In this document: positions 17,579 to 26,956 of the stretch, in pieces
Layout of the letters: every line of letters begins with the position of its first letter
Position numbering within the stretch: the first letter of the stretch is position 1
Source of the DNA: a virus
Taxonomy: Duplodnaviria; Caudoviricetes
Virus record (IMG/VR): IMGVR_UViG_3300017821_000056
Span: 1 to 64,000 of that record
Strand: one strand, 5' to 3'
Length of the DNA stretch: 64,000 nt
The notes under the pieces: generated by a model
Told to the model about the DNA's origin: nothing
Seen by the model: the letters and a program-made list of their open reading frames with translations, nothing else
Database searches by the model: none
Program-made: the position numbers and the translations under genes

Positions 17579-20539
17579 GTGACGACGGCGGGCGGCATCC
17601 TGCCGGTGACCGGCGGGCTGATCCTGGCCGTGCTGGCGGTCCACGAGGCGGTGTTCGCGGTGCGGCACCTGACCTGCAAGCCCGACCACTGCTCGTGCCC
17701 GCTGACGCACAAGCTCCTCGCGGGGACGCCGCTGCACGGCCACACCGTCACCGACGCCACGTACTGGCGCAAGGCGAACAACGACCTGACGCGGGCGAAG
17801 ACCACGGGCCCGTGGCTGAAGCTGCCGGGGTGGAAGCGGCGGCTCATCCGGACGGGGCCGCTCGTGGCGGCGGCGGGCGTGCTGGTCAACTGGTGGCTGG
17901 CCGCGGCCGTGCTGGCGGTCCTGGCGCCGTTCCTGGCTGCCGCGTTCTCGGGCCGGGTGAGGCGCCTGCTGCGCCGTGCTGCCAGCCGGGTGCCGGGCCG
18001 CCTGTGGGGCCGGCTGCGGCACCGCGACCGGGTGCAGACGATGGGGATGCTGCTCGCGTCGATCACCGGCACCGCCGCGTCCGCCGCCGAGTCCGGGATC
18101 ACGTGGAACCCCGGCTACGCCACGGCGGAGCCGGGCGACGAGGTGGCCCGGTGGGTGCTGCCGCGCGGGTTCAAGGCCCTCGGCAAGGAGAAGGCCCTGG
18201 CGGAGGAAGTGTGGCAGTCCCGCGTCGGGTTCCAGCTCACCTTCTCCTGGGAGACCCAGGACACCGACGAGCCGGTCCTGGTGATGAGGCGGGCCCGCGA
18301 GATGCCGTCCGTCGTGTACTTGCACGAGGTGCTGGACCGCGTTGAGGCGCTGCCGGATCACAAGACCGCGATCGGGCTGGATGACCAGGGGAATCTCGTC
18401 TGCTGGGACTGGCTCGCCGAGAATCCGCACGGCATGGTCGTGGCCGGGTCGCGGCACGGGAAAGCACTGGCGCTGGACACGCCTATACCGACTCCGGCGG
18501 GCTGGACGGCGATGGGTGAGCTAACTGATGGCGACCTGGTGTTCGATGAGACGGGCCGCCCATGCCGGGTGATCCGGGCATGGGCGGTGCGATACGACCG
18601 CCCGTGCTATGAGGTCGAGTTCAGCGACGGGTCCGTAGTCACGGCCGACGCTGAGCATCTGTGGCAGGTGGAGGACGCTGCGGCCCGCAAGTGGTTCGGC
18701 CGGGTAAAGAATCCCCCGGATAGGTGCCCGGTCAGGGTCGTGACTACCGAGGTCATGGCCCAGTCGCTGCGCGCACGCCGTAGCGACAAGTGCGATGTGG
18801 CCAATTACAGCGTGAGGGTCGCGCGTCCGCTGCAGTGCCCTGATGCGGACTTGCCGGTTCCGCCGTACACCCTTGGCGCATGGCTGGGGGACGGCACCTC
18901 GCAGAACGGCAGCATCACTACCGTCGACCAGGAAGTTCTTTCCGCGATTGAAGCTGAGGGCTGCGTCGTCACCCCGGGAAAGACCTATCCGGACAGGACG
19001 CCCGTGTACCGGGTGGCCGGGTTGAGTCGCATGCTCGCTGAGGCGGGAGTACGGAACAGTGCCTGGCGCCGACGGGGGCTGCGTCCCGCTGATAAGCACA
19101 TCCCCGTGGCCTACCTGCGGGCATCGGAGGCCCAGCGCCGGGCGCTGCTAGCGGGCCTGCTCGACACGGACGGCACATGCACCAAGAAGAAAGGGACGGT
19201 TGAGTTCTACAGCACGCATGAGCGGCTGGCCCGGGATGTGCACCACCTGATTTGCACTCTTGGCTACAAGGCAACCTTGCGCAGCAATCCTGCCCGGTTG
19301 CGCGGAAAGGACTGCGGCACGGCCTGGATCGTCGTGTTTACCCCGCCGGACAAGGTGTTCTTGCTGCCGAGGAAGGCGGCCCGGCAGGTGACCGCGGTCC
19401 GGGAGACGGCTTCACGTCTGTACATCACGGCGATTCGGCCGGTCGCCTCGGTGCCCGTCCGGTGCATCACCGTAGACAGTCCGTCCGCGCTTTACCTAGC
19501 TGGGTCATCTTGTATCCCGACACACAACACGGAGCTGAACCGGTCGCTGACGGCGCAGGTGGTACGGAAGGGCGGCCGGGTCGGCGGCGTCGACTGCAAG
19601 CGGATCTCGTTTCAGGGCCTGGAAGGCGTCCCGGGGTTCGATCTCCGCAACAACCCCCGGAATATCCGGGAGATGTGGGAACTGGTCGGCGAGTTCTACG
19701 GCGAGATGGAGCGCCGCTCCGAGGAGCGGGCGAAGAACCCGACGGCCGAGTTCCCCCGCTGGCTGCTGATCTTCGAGGAGGTCAACCAGTTCTCGGCGAT
19801 GACTGATGACTGGTGGGAGGAGATGGAGGCGGAGAATCCCGCGGATGAGGGCACGCTGTTCTGGAAGCCGAAGCGCGGCAAGAAAACCCCCCGGGTGTGG
19901 CGGTGGGTCAAGTCGCTGTGCTGGGAGGGCGCCGAGTTCGGCATGCACGTGATCGTGGACGGGCAGGACGGGGAGTTCCAGGCTCTCAAGGGCGTCCGGA
20001 ACGTGCTGGGGATGCGGCTGCTGGGCGGGTTCCAGCCGCAGCAGTGGAAGAACTGCGTCGGCACGACCCCGGTCCCGGAGGCCCCGTCGCAGAAGGGCCG
20101 GTTCTGCCTCGTGTCCGGCGGCCAGACCTGGGTTCAGGCGCTGTGCGGGCATAAGGACAAGAACGAGTCCGCGGCGATCTGGCGTGACTTCGCGCGGGCC
20201 GGGCGCCGCATGGACGGGACGCTGCCGCCTGTCACCGAAGCCTCCGTGACATACCACGTGGACTCAGATGGGCAGGTCAGCGCGGTGAACGGTGCGACAC
20301 CGGGACATGTCACAGCGTCCGGGCCGATGGGCCTGTCGGACATCGTGGCGGCCGGTCTCGTGCAGGGGACCGTGAAGGCGCTCCGCATGGACCGGCACCG
20401 GTCCGACCTCGGAGAACTGCCCGACGGGCTGAAGTTCCCCGAGCCCGTCGGGCAGGAAGGGCAGAAGGAGTTGTTCGACGTGGCCGAGGTCCGGGCGTTC
20501 GACGCAGCCCGGCGTGGCGGCGTCTCTGACGTGCACTGA
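17579..20539 (+). CDS. FtsK/SpoIIIE-like (TraB-type) membrane DNA translocase, intein-containing
   Basis: TMs; Walker A AGSRHGK|T split by intein; VDCK; Walker B LLIFEE; C-terminal HTH-like domain. Confidence 0.8.
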   Translation: MTTAGGILPVTGGLILAVLAVHEAVFAVRHLTCKPDHCSCPLTHKLLAGTPLHGHTVTDATYWRKANNDLTRAKTTGPWLKLPGWKRRLIRTGPLVAAAGVLVNWWLAAAVLAVLAPFLAAAFSGRVRRLLRRAASRVPGRLWGRLRHRDRVQTMGMLLASITGTAASAAESGITWNPGYATAEPGDEVARWVLPRGFKALGKEKALAEEVWQSRVGFQLTFSWETQDTDEPVLVMRRAREMPSVVYLHEVLDRVEALPDHKTAIGLDDQGNLVCWDWLAENPHGMVVAGSRHGKALALDTPIPTPAGWTAMGELTDGDLVFDETGRPCRVIRAWAVRYDRPCYEVEFSDGSVVTADAEHLWQVEDAAARKWFGRVKNPPDRCPVRVVTTEVMAQSLRARRSDKCDVANYSVRVARPLQCPDADLPVPPYTLGAWLGDGTSQNGSITTVDQEVLSAIEAEGCVVTPGKTYPDRTPVYRVAGLSRMLAEAGVRNSAWRRRGLRPADKHIPVAYLRASEAQRRALLAGLLDTDGTCTKKKGTVEFYSTHERLARDVHHLICTLGYKATLRSNPARLRGKDCGTAWIVVFTPPDKVFLLPRKAARQVTAVRETASRLYITAIRPVASVPVRCITVDSPSALYLAGSSCIPTHNTELNRSLTAQVVRKGGRVGGVDCKRISFQGLEGVPGFDLRNNPRNIREMWELVGEFYGEMERRSEERAKNPTAEFPRWLLIFEEVNQFSAMTDDWWEEMEAENPADEGTLFWKPKRGKKTPRVWRWVKSLCWEGAEFGMHVIVDGQDGEFQALKGVRNVLGMRLLGGFQPQQWKNCVGTTPVPEAPSQKGRFCLVSGGQTWVQALCGHKDKNESAAIWRDFARAGRRMDGTLPPVTEASVTYHVDSDGQVSAVNGATPGHVTASGPMGLSDIVAAGLVQGTVKALRMDRHRSDLGELPDGLKFPEPVGQEGQKELFDVAEVRAFDAARRGGVSDVH
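18464..19528 (+). mobile_element. intein (355 aa) with LAGLIDADG endonuclease, class-3 type
   Basis: Starts ALALDTPIPT; ADAEHLW; LGAWLGDG and LAGLLDTDG; VRCITVD; ends PTHN|T. Confidence 0.9.
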
Positions 20540-20588
20540 AGGAAGATACCCGCAGGAACCGTCCTGCACGAACAGAAAGGAAACGATC

Positions 20589-20918
20589 ATGGCGCCCCTG
20601 CCGCCTCTCACCCCCGAGCAGCGCCGCGAAGCGCTGGACAAGGCCGCGGAAGCCCGCAAGGTCCGTGCCGAGGTCAAGTCCCGCCTCAAGCGGCGCGTCA
20701 CGACCCTGCACGCCGTCCTCGAGGAGGCCGACGCCGAACCCGGGGACTATCAGATGATCGGCAAGATGAAGGTCTCGAACCTGCTGGAGGCCATGCCGGG
20801 GATCGGCAAGGTGCGGGCGAAGCTGATCATGGAGCGACTCCAGATCGCGGACAACAGGCGCATCCGCAGCCTGGGCTCGAACCAGCGCGCGAATCTGGAA
20901 CGCGAGTTCGCCGCCTAG
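20589..20918 (+). CDS. mihF: actinobacterial integration host factor
   Basis: LPPLTPEQRREALDKAAEARKVRAEVK...IGKMKVSNLLEAMPGIGKVRAKLIMERLQIADNRRIRSLGSNQR. Confidence 0.93.
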   Translation: MAPLPPLTPEQRREALDKAAEARKVRAEVKSRLKRRVTTLHAVLEEADAEPGDYQMIGKMKVSNLLEAMPGIGKVRAKLIMERLQIADNRRIRSLGSNQRANLEREFAA

Positions 20919-21014
20919 CACATGCGTCCCGTCAGCCGCAGTCATCAGCCGGTCTGCGGCTGGCGGGCAACATCTCCGCAACGACAAGCAAAATGGTCAG
21001 CAGCGAGGAGCAGC

Positions 21015-22010
21015 ATGAGCCAGATGGGCAAGCACTCCACTCCCCTTGACGGCGTGGTCGCCAACGGCCACGCGCCGACGCTCGCGCCGTTCACCGTCGC
21101 GCCGATTCAGGTACGCCAGGGCGGCCCCGTGCTGCCGTGGCCGCAGCCTGACCGCTGGCAGCGCGTCACGTCAGCCGCCCGCCGCGTGGCGGCGCACCGC
21201 GGCTGGCTGGCCGCCATCCCCGTCGTCCTGGTCAACGCCGTGGCGTTCTACGGCCAGCTGGCGTTCCTGCGCGTGCACCTCCCGGCACCGTCCGCCGTCC
21301 AGGCGCTCGTCGCTGTCGCGCTGGAGTCGATCGCCGTCTACTTGGCGTGGCAGGCGCACCTGGCCCAGCTGGCGGACGACAGCGCGCTGCGGCTGCGCCT
21401 CGCCGCGTACGGCATGGCCCTTCTCATCGCCGCCATGAACTACTCCCATTACGCGGCGGCGCACTGGCGGCCGACGTTCGCCGCGCTGGCGTTCGGCCTG
21501 TGCTCGGCTATCTCCCCGTGGCTGTGGTCGGTGCATTCCCGCCGCGAGTCCAGGGACATCCTGAAGGCGAAGGGCCTGATCGAGCCGCACGCGGTCAGGC
21601 TCGGCGTGACCCGGTGGGTGTGGCATCCGCTGCGGTCGCCTGTCGTCATGTGGCACGCCACGTGGGCCGGGGAGAACGACCCCGCCAAGGCGATTGCGCT
21701 GGCGGAAGCGAAGGCGGCGGATGGCGGCAGCGGGCCCGCCACGGATGACACGCTACCGGACCCGCCAGACGCGCCCGAAGACGACAGCGAGAGCGACAAG
21801 GAAGACGACAAGATCCCGCCACCGCCGTCGCCACCGGACCCGCCGAGAATGACGCCCGCCATCGCCAAGGCCGTCGCCGCTATCAAGCGCAATCCGGGGC
21901 TGACGGACAAGGATCTGGCGAAGAAGGCCCGCGTGTCAGAGCGCACCATCCAGCGCGCCCGCCCGCTCGTCCCCGCCACCCGCGCCCGTACTGTGATCGG
22001 AGCACCGTGA
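21015..22010 (+). CDS. SpdB/DUF2637-like multi-TM spread protein with C-terminal HTH
   Basis: Four hydrophobic helices; Pro/Asp linker; LTDKDLAKKARVSERTIQRAR. Confidence 0.65.
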   Translation: MSQMGKHSTPLDGVVANGHAPTLAPFTVAPIQVRQGGPVLPWPQPDRWQRVTSAARRVAAHRGWLAAIPVVLVNAVAFYGQLAFLRVHLPAPSAVQALVAVALESIAVYLAWQAHLAQLADDSALRLRLAAYGMALLIAAMNYSHYAAAHWRPTFAALAFGLCSAISPWLWSVHSRRESRDILKAKGLIEPHAVRLGVTRWVWHPLRSPVVMWHATWAGENDPAKAIALAEAKAADGGSGPATDDTLPDPPDAPEDDSESDKEDDKIPPPPSPPDPPRMTPAIAKAVAAIKRNPGLTDKDLAKKARVSERTIQRARPLVPATRARTVIGAP

Positions 22011-22276
22011 CCGACTACCTGGAAGACGCCGCAACCGAGCTCCGCCATGCCCGCAGCGCCAACGAGGCGCGAGTGGGCGCGGTGCACGCCATGCACAGCG
22101 GGCAGCAGGCGGAAGCCGCGCAGATCATCCGCGAGGTGAACGACCGCCGCATGGAGATCGCCGCCGCCTTCACCCGCCTCGCCGAGTGCCAGGCCGCCAT
22201 GCTCGATGCGGCACGGATGCCGGGCCTTTCCTCTTGCTGCCATCATGCCCCGCCAGGACAGGAGCCGCAGCCGTGA
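22007..22276 (+). CDS. hypothetical protein
   Basis: GTGA coupling. Confidence 0.55.
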   Translation: MTDYLEDAATELRHARSANEARVGAVHAMHSGQQAEAAQIIREVNDRRMEIAAAFTRLAECQAAMLDAARMPGLSSCCHHAPPGQEPQP

Positions 22277-22728
22277 ACGATGACCTGGCCTCTGAGGCCC
22301 GCATCCAGGTCCGCCGGGCCCTCCGCGAGATGGCCATGCACCCGGGCATCATGGATGAGCCGGACCCGCTGGAGGCTCTGGCCGCGCTGCAGCAGCTGCG
22401 GGGAGCGCTCGCCCACGCCGAACGGGACGCCGCCCGCCGCGCCCGCGAATCCGGGAAGTCCTGGGCGCAGATCGGCGACGCGACGGTCCCGGACCCGGCG
22501 GGGAGCCTCTACCCTGCGGCTGAGGCGTTCGGGCGGGTCGCCTCCGACATCGGCAATGGCCCCTCGTTCCCGTGGACGTGCCCGTCGTGCGGGAATCTGG
22601 TCACCGACTACGGCCCTTATTCCGGGCCGCACGACGGGGAGCGGGGGCACAGTATCGGGTGCGAGAGGTTCGCGGCCACGGTACAGGCATGGGACGCGCA
22701 GTGGAGAGAAGGCGGCGAGGATGGCTGA
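22273..22728 (+). CDS. HTH/zinc-ribbon protein
   Basis: ARRARESGKSWAQIG; CPSC...H..GC. Confidence 0.6.
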   Translation: MNDDLASEARIQVRRALREMAMHPGIMDEPDPLEALAALQQLRGALAHAERDAARRARESGKSWAQIGDATVPDPAGSLYPAAEAFGRVASDIGNGPSFPWTCPSCGNLVTDYGPYSGPHDGERGHSIGCERFAATVQAWDAQWREGGEDG

Positions 22729-22921
22729 GATCCTGACTCCGGACTGCCCGCAATGCGGCCAGTCCCCGTACATGGTGATGGGCGGCGGCTCGCAGGCGTT
22801 CTGCGGCAACCGCCAGTGCTCCACCCTGTGCTGGAACCCGGCGAAAAGCCTGGACGCCAATCTCCTCGATACGAGGTTCGTCGAGCTCCGGTTGCGGGAG
22901 GAAGGCGGCGAGGATGGGTGA
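22721..22921 (+). CDS. small zinc-ribbon protein
   Basis: CPQC...CGNRQC. Confidence 0.6.
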   Translation: MAEILTPDCPQCGQSPYMVMGGGSQAFCGNRQCSTLCWNPAKSLDANLLDTRFVELRLREEGGEDG

Positions 22922-23096
22922 CGGACGCTGGGCCTGCGCGAAGTGCGGACGCCGGGTCGCCCTGGATACTGCCGGGACGTGGCGTCACGCGGCAGGGCGC
23001 AGCGGTGTCGTCTGGAGGGGCCCGGAACACCGTCCGGTACCAGTGCCAGCCGGGGGAGATAGCAGCGAGGAGAGGAGCGGGGATGGCGCGACGTAA
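22914..23096 (+). CDS. small hypothetical protein
   Basis: CAKC; coupled start. Confidence 0.5.
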   Translation: MGDGRWACAKCGRRVALDTAGTWRHAAGRSGVVWRGPEHRPVPVPAGGDSSEERSGDGAT

Positions 23097-23454
23097 GCCG
23101 AACATCCCGGCTGACGCCATACTGGGCTACTTTCCGCCCGAGCCTGACGACCCGCTGTGGTGGCTGTCATTCTGCGACCCGGATAAGGCACCCCCGCCCG
23201 AGCTTCAGCGGCCTGGAGGCCCTTCCTTCCTCGGTGCCGTCATAACCCAGGCCCCGACGCTGGCTGCAGCTATCACCCGCAGTCACGTGCTGAAGGTGAA
23301 CCCGGGCGGCCAGGTCAAGATCCTCGGGCCCCTGGATCCGGCGTGGATCGCCGGCGAGTGGCGCGACCGGCTGCTGTCCGCCGCCGAGATCGAGGCCATC
23401 CCGGAACCGGAAGAACCCAGCGATGAGGGGAGCGAGCATGACGGTACCGCGTGA
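23083..23454 (+). CDS. conserved phage protein
   Basis: WWLSFCD...FLGAVI...NPGGQV; RBS GAGGAG. Confidence 0.65.
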   Translation: MARRKPNIPADAILGYFPPEPDDPLWWLSFCDPDKAPPPELQRPGGPSFLGAVITQAPTLAAAITRSHVLKVNPGGQVKILGPLDPAWIAGEWRDRLLSAAEIEAIPEPEEPSDEGSEHDGTA

Positions 23455-23710
23455 GGTGATAGACGCCGAGGTCCGCAAGGTCATCGCCATGGCCCGCGAA
23501 CTGGCCGCCCTGAAGGCGAGCGACCTGGCCGTGCACACCGGGTCTGATCCGGCCGATGTCCTCGGCGCTTACGCTGCCGCGTTCGGGGAGGCGAAGGTAC
23601 TGCTGCGGGCGCTGGCAGACATCGCGGAACGGCTTGAGCGCGCCCAGTGGCGCGCATCCCTCCGTGGCGGGTCCTCAGACGCGGCACCGGGTAAGAGGAT
23701 GCCGGGGTGA
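23438..23710 (+). CDS. hypothetical protein
   Basis: RBS GGGAG. Confidence 0.5.
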   Translation: MTVPREVIDAEVRKVIAMARELAALKASDLAVHTGSDPADVLGAYAAAFGEAKVLLRALADIAERLERAQWRASLRGGSSDAAPGKRMPG

Positions 23711-24033
23711 CGCTCCCGATCCGCATCACGGTCCGCGTCGACTTCGACGACGGCAGCCAGCACGACTACGAGGTCCGCACCGCTGACGCCGTGCCCGCCC
23801 CGGCCGGATTCTGGCCGGAAGCGGTCGTCACTTCCGATACGGCGCAGCGGATCGAGTACGCCAGCAAGCGCGCAGACGAGATAGAGAAGCTACGCGCCGA
23901 CCTTGACGTCCTGCTGGGCGTGGCCACGATCTACCTGGACGCCTTCGAGCAGGACGAGATGATGACGCTCCCGGAGAAGCTGAGGCTCCAGGAGGTCGAG
24001 GAAGTGGTGGCCCGGCGCGGCAAGCGGTACTGA
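23707..24033 (+). CDS. hypothetical protein
   Basis: GTGA coupling. Confidence 0.55.
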   Translation: MTLPIRITVRVDFDDGSQHDYEVRTADAVPAPAGFWPEAVVTSDTAQRIEYASKRADEIEKLRADLDVLLGVATIYLDAFEQDEMMTLPEKLRLQEVEEVVARRGKRY

Positions 24034-24357
24034 CCGCGCTGCACCAGCCGCCGCACCGATAGGATAGACGCAGGCCACAGGGCCTTTCCCGTCGCTGCAA
24101 ACCACCTTCCTGAGATCGGTGCGTTACTTCCGTGCTGCCACTTTGGGCCGACGTCCTGGTCCTCCTCGCCCTCCCCGTTATCGTCCTGGCCGCCGTCTGG
24201 CTGTTCGCCGAGGGCGACGACCCTGGCACTGGCATGGTCTGCCACTCAGCGGAGGACGACGAGCCGCCCGATACCGACGAAGGGGCGGATGACGTGCTGC
24301 TGGCAGCATGAGCGCGCCGGGTTGGCAACATGCGCCACGGTGCTCCAATATTGCGCC

Positions 24358-25080
24358 ATGAGCGGCGGCGAGGTGGCCTGCAACGGCCCGTGCAATTCGA
24401 GATACCGCAAGGCCCGCGCCGAGTACGAGCAGGCTCTGGCCGGCTACGATCCGATGGACGCGGCGCAGTCACGGCCTGACCCGCCCGAGGTGTACCCCGT
24501 CTACGGCGACCCGTGGTGCCCCCGCTGCAAAGCCCAGATCCACGAGCAGCTCGCCCAGATCGACGACGCCGCCGCGATCCTCGCCGCCCTGCCGCCGAGC
24601 CCGAACGACCGCAGCGACGACAAGGCCGGGAAGGTATCCGGCAGCAAGGCCGCGCCGTCCCCGTCCAGCCGCATGGACGACCTGGAAGAACTAGGCGAAT
24701 GGCTGCGCGCCTGGGAGTCCTCCTACCGCCCGGTCGTCCTCGAGGCGGCCGGGCTCCGCGAGGACCCCAAACCGCACCGCGGCTACCTCGCCACGGAGAT
24801 CACCACCATCACGGCGTGGCTGGTGTTCCACTTCGACAAGTGCATCACCCACCCGGACCTCGCCGTGGACTTCGGCCGGGAGGTCCGCCGCTGGCACCGG
24901 GAACTGGCCGAGAAGGCCCGCGCCGGCCAGGTGGACAAGCACGTGAAACGCCCGTGTCCTCGCTGCTGTCTCTACACCTTGTGGGTCCGCGACGGCGAGG
25001 ACTACGTGAGGTGCATTAATGACTCCTGCAACCGGCGGATGACCCGCGAGGAACTGGCGGCGCTGGACGCCGCGGCGTAA
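24358..25080 (+). CDS. zinc-ribbon phage protein, probable late-gene regulator
   Basis: CNGPC, CPRC, C-terminal CPRC...CINDSC; position upstream of packaging genes. Confidence 0.6.
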   Translation: MSGGEVACNGPCNSRYRKARAEYEQALAGYDPMDAAQSRPDPPEVYPVYGDPWCPRCKAQIHEQLAQIDDAAAILAALPPSPNDRSDDKAGKVSGSKAAPSPSSRMDDLEELGEWLRAWESSYRPVVLEAAGLREDPKPHRGYLATEITTITAWLVFHFDKCITHPDLAVDFGREVRRWHRELAEKARAGQVDKHVKRPCPRCCLYTLWVRDGEDYVRCINDSCNRRMTREELAALDAAA

Positions 25081-25128
25081 CTAGCCAAGCCCGGGGTGGA
25101 CATGTACCCTCTTGACACAAGGAGAACC

Positions 25129-25164
25129 ATGTCCTCTGCCCGGATGCGGCGGAGGGCATTTTTT
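25129..25164 (+). terminator. intrinsic terminator
   Basis: 12-bp stem ATGTCCTCTGCC/GGCGGAGGGCAT (with G-U pairs) followed by a T run. Confidence 0.65.
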
Positions 25165-25175
25165 CATGTCCGGAG

Positions 25176-25400
25176 GTGTCTCCCCTGGTCGTCATCACGA
25201 GCCCGGACATGCTCCTCACCCGCCGCGAGGCAGCCGAGGTCGCGGACGTGGACGTGGAGCGGCTGCGCCAGTGGGAACGCCGCGGCCACCTGGAGCGCGC
25301 CGGCCTGAACGACAAGGGCTGGCCGGTGTACCGGGCCCTGGACGTGGCCAAGTGCAAGCACCGGTTCCAGGGGTACGGGCGCGGCGAGGAAGCCGCCTGA
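25176..25400 (+). CDS. MerR-type HTH protein
   Basis: LLTRREAAEVADVDVERLRQWERRGHL...VYRALDV; RBS GGAGG. Confidence 0.75.
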   Translation: MSPLVVITSPDMLLTRREAAEVADVDVERLRQWERRGHLERAGLNDKGWPVYRALDVAKCKHRFQGYGRGEEAA

Positions 25401-25561
25401 TGGCACCGGTCACCCAGACGATCGAGGTCAGGCTCGACACGCGCTGGCTGACGGCTTTCGCCGAACTGCTGGAGAAGCACGCGGCGGCGATCCGGGCGGA
25501 CCTCGAAGCGTTCATGGCCGCGCAGGAACAGGACACTGGCAGCGAGGGAGAGCGGATGTAG
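25400..25561 (+). CDS. hypothetical protein
   Basis: TGATG coupling. Confidence 0.5.
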   Translation: MAPVTQTIEVRLDTRWLTAFAELLEKHAAAIRADLEAFMAAQEQDTGSEGERM

Positions 25562-25882
25562 ATGGCCGACGCCAAGGTGACCCGCGCGGAACTAGCCGAG
25601 GCTGTCCGCGAGCTGCGGGAGGAAGTGGCCCGGCTCCGCGCCGAACGGGCTGCGCACGCCTGCCACGGTCATGGCCTGTGCTGCTCGCACGTCCATTGCA
25701 ACTGGGGCCACTGCTGGTGCTCCACTTTCCACAGCTACACGTACCCGCTGACGGGCGGCTCGGTCCCGTGGTACGGAACCGTAACCGTCTCCTGCGGAGA
25801 GACCGTTGGCGGGGGTACGTACGCGAGCAGCGCTGTCGGCTGCGCCGTCCCGCAGGCCCGGCCCCTCAGCCTCAGCAACTAG
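25562..25882 (+). CDS. Cys/His-rich hypothetical protein
   Basis: Coiled coil then HACHGHGLCCSHVHC. Confidence 0.55.
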   Translation: MADAKVTRAELAEAVRELREEVARLRAERAAHACHGHGLCCSHVHCNWGHCWCSTFHSYTYPLTGGSVPWYGTVTVSCGETVGGGTYASSAVGCAVPQARPLSLSN

Positions 25883-26020
25883 GAGCGCAGATGGCCCGCG
25901 TCCGCGTGTGCGGTGCCTGCCTCCAGCCGGTCGCAGCGTGTATCTGCGACGACGAGCCGGACCCGGAAGACAGCAGCGAGGATGAGGACGCGGCGTGACC
26001 GCGGCAGTAGGGTAACGGCC

Positions 26021-26266
26021 ATGACGGACATCAGCGCGCAGCCGGGGAACGCCCGGTGGGTCCTGGCCATCGCCGGCCGCGACGAGCAGGTCTCGGTCGA
26101 GGCCGCGACGATCACCCAGCACCGTGCCGCGGGGAGCGATGAGGTGATCCTGACGACGCTGCACGACGCGGACGGGGAGATCGTCTTCCAGGCCCCCGCC
26201 CTGTCAGTCGCCTACGTCCGCCGCTGCGGGCCGCCGAACCATGTCATCCCCCGCCCCGCCCCCTGA
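26021..26266 (+). CDS. hypothetical protein
   Basis: TAGGGT 7 nt upstream of ATG. Confidence 0.55.
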   Translation: MTDISAQPGNARWVLAIAGRDEQVSVEAATITQHRAAGSDEVILTTLHDADGEIVFQAPALSVAYVRRCGPPNHVIPRPAP

Positions 26267-26423
26267 CTGGGCCGTCTCCACTGACGACGGCTACCGGCTC
26301 GTGATCGAGGACGGCGTGATCATCGGCCTGGCCTATGACGAGTGGCCATGGCCCTGGGGTGACCCCCGGTACGGCCTGTACGAGACCGTCTCGGTAGCCG
26401 TCTGGGACGGCCGCGAGGTGTAA
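26241..26423 (+). CDS. hypothetical protein
   Basis: Protein-like 60 aa. Confidence 0.45.
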   Translation: MSSPAPPPDWAVSTDDGYRLVIEDGVIIGLAYDEWPWPWGDPRYGLYETVSVAVWDGREV

Positions 26424-26956
26424 CGCGGGAGGACTGGAGGCGGGCGGCATCGTGACCGGCCCGCCTGAGAAGGATTCTTCCCTCGCTGCCATGACCGGCA
26501 CCACGCCGGGCCCGCTCCTCGTGGCCTGGCGTGCCGACGCCACGGTCTGGTGCAGCCGGTGCGGCACCCTCGCCGGGGGCATTGCCGGGCCGGAGTCCCG
26601 TCCCCTGGAACTGCGGCATCTCCTCGCTCACGGGTTCCGGGCTGCCGCCCTGGCCGGCGAGGGGATCGAAGCCTCCCCGTGGCCGGGCTAGGCTATCCGC
26701 GTGATCCTGCTCGACCTCGGCGGCGACGATCCCGAACCTCACCCTGACCTGGTAGCCTCCCAGCGGCCTGCCCCGGCTCAGGTCGTCATGGCGACGATGG
26801 AGACGGGATGGCTCAGCGACGGGCGGTACCTGACTGCCGCAGTGCCGTGGCAGCGAACCGCCTCCGCACCCTAACGCACCCCTTGCGCACCAGGACTATC
26901 CTGCTGTTACAGCGCCCCGGAAGGGGGGCGTTCCCGCGAGGCCGCCGGGAGGTGCC

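Noticed and set aside
21740-21850. TraB clt-like repeats inside the SpdB-like gene
   Set aside because: Only two ACCGGACCCGCC copies plus low-complexity Asp/Pro codons; insufficient
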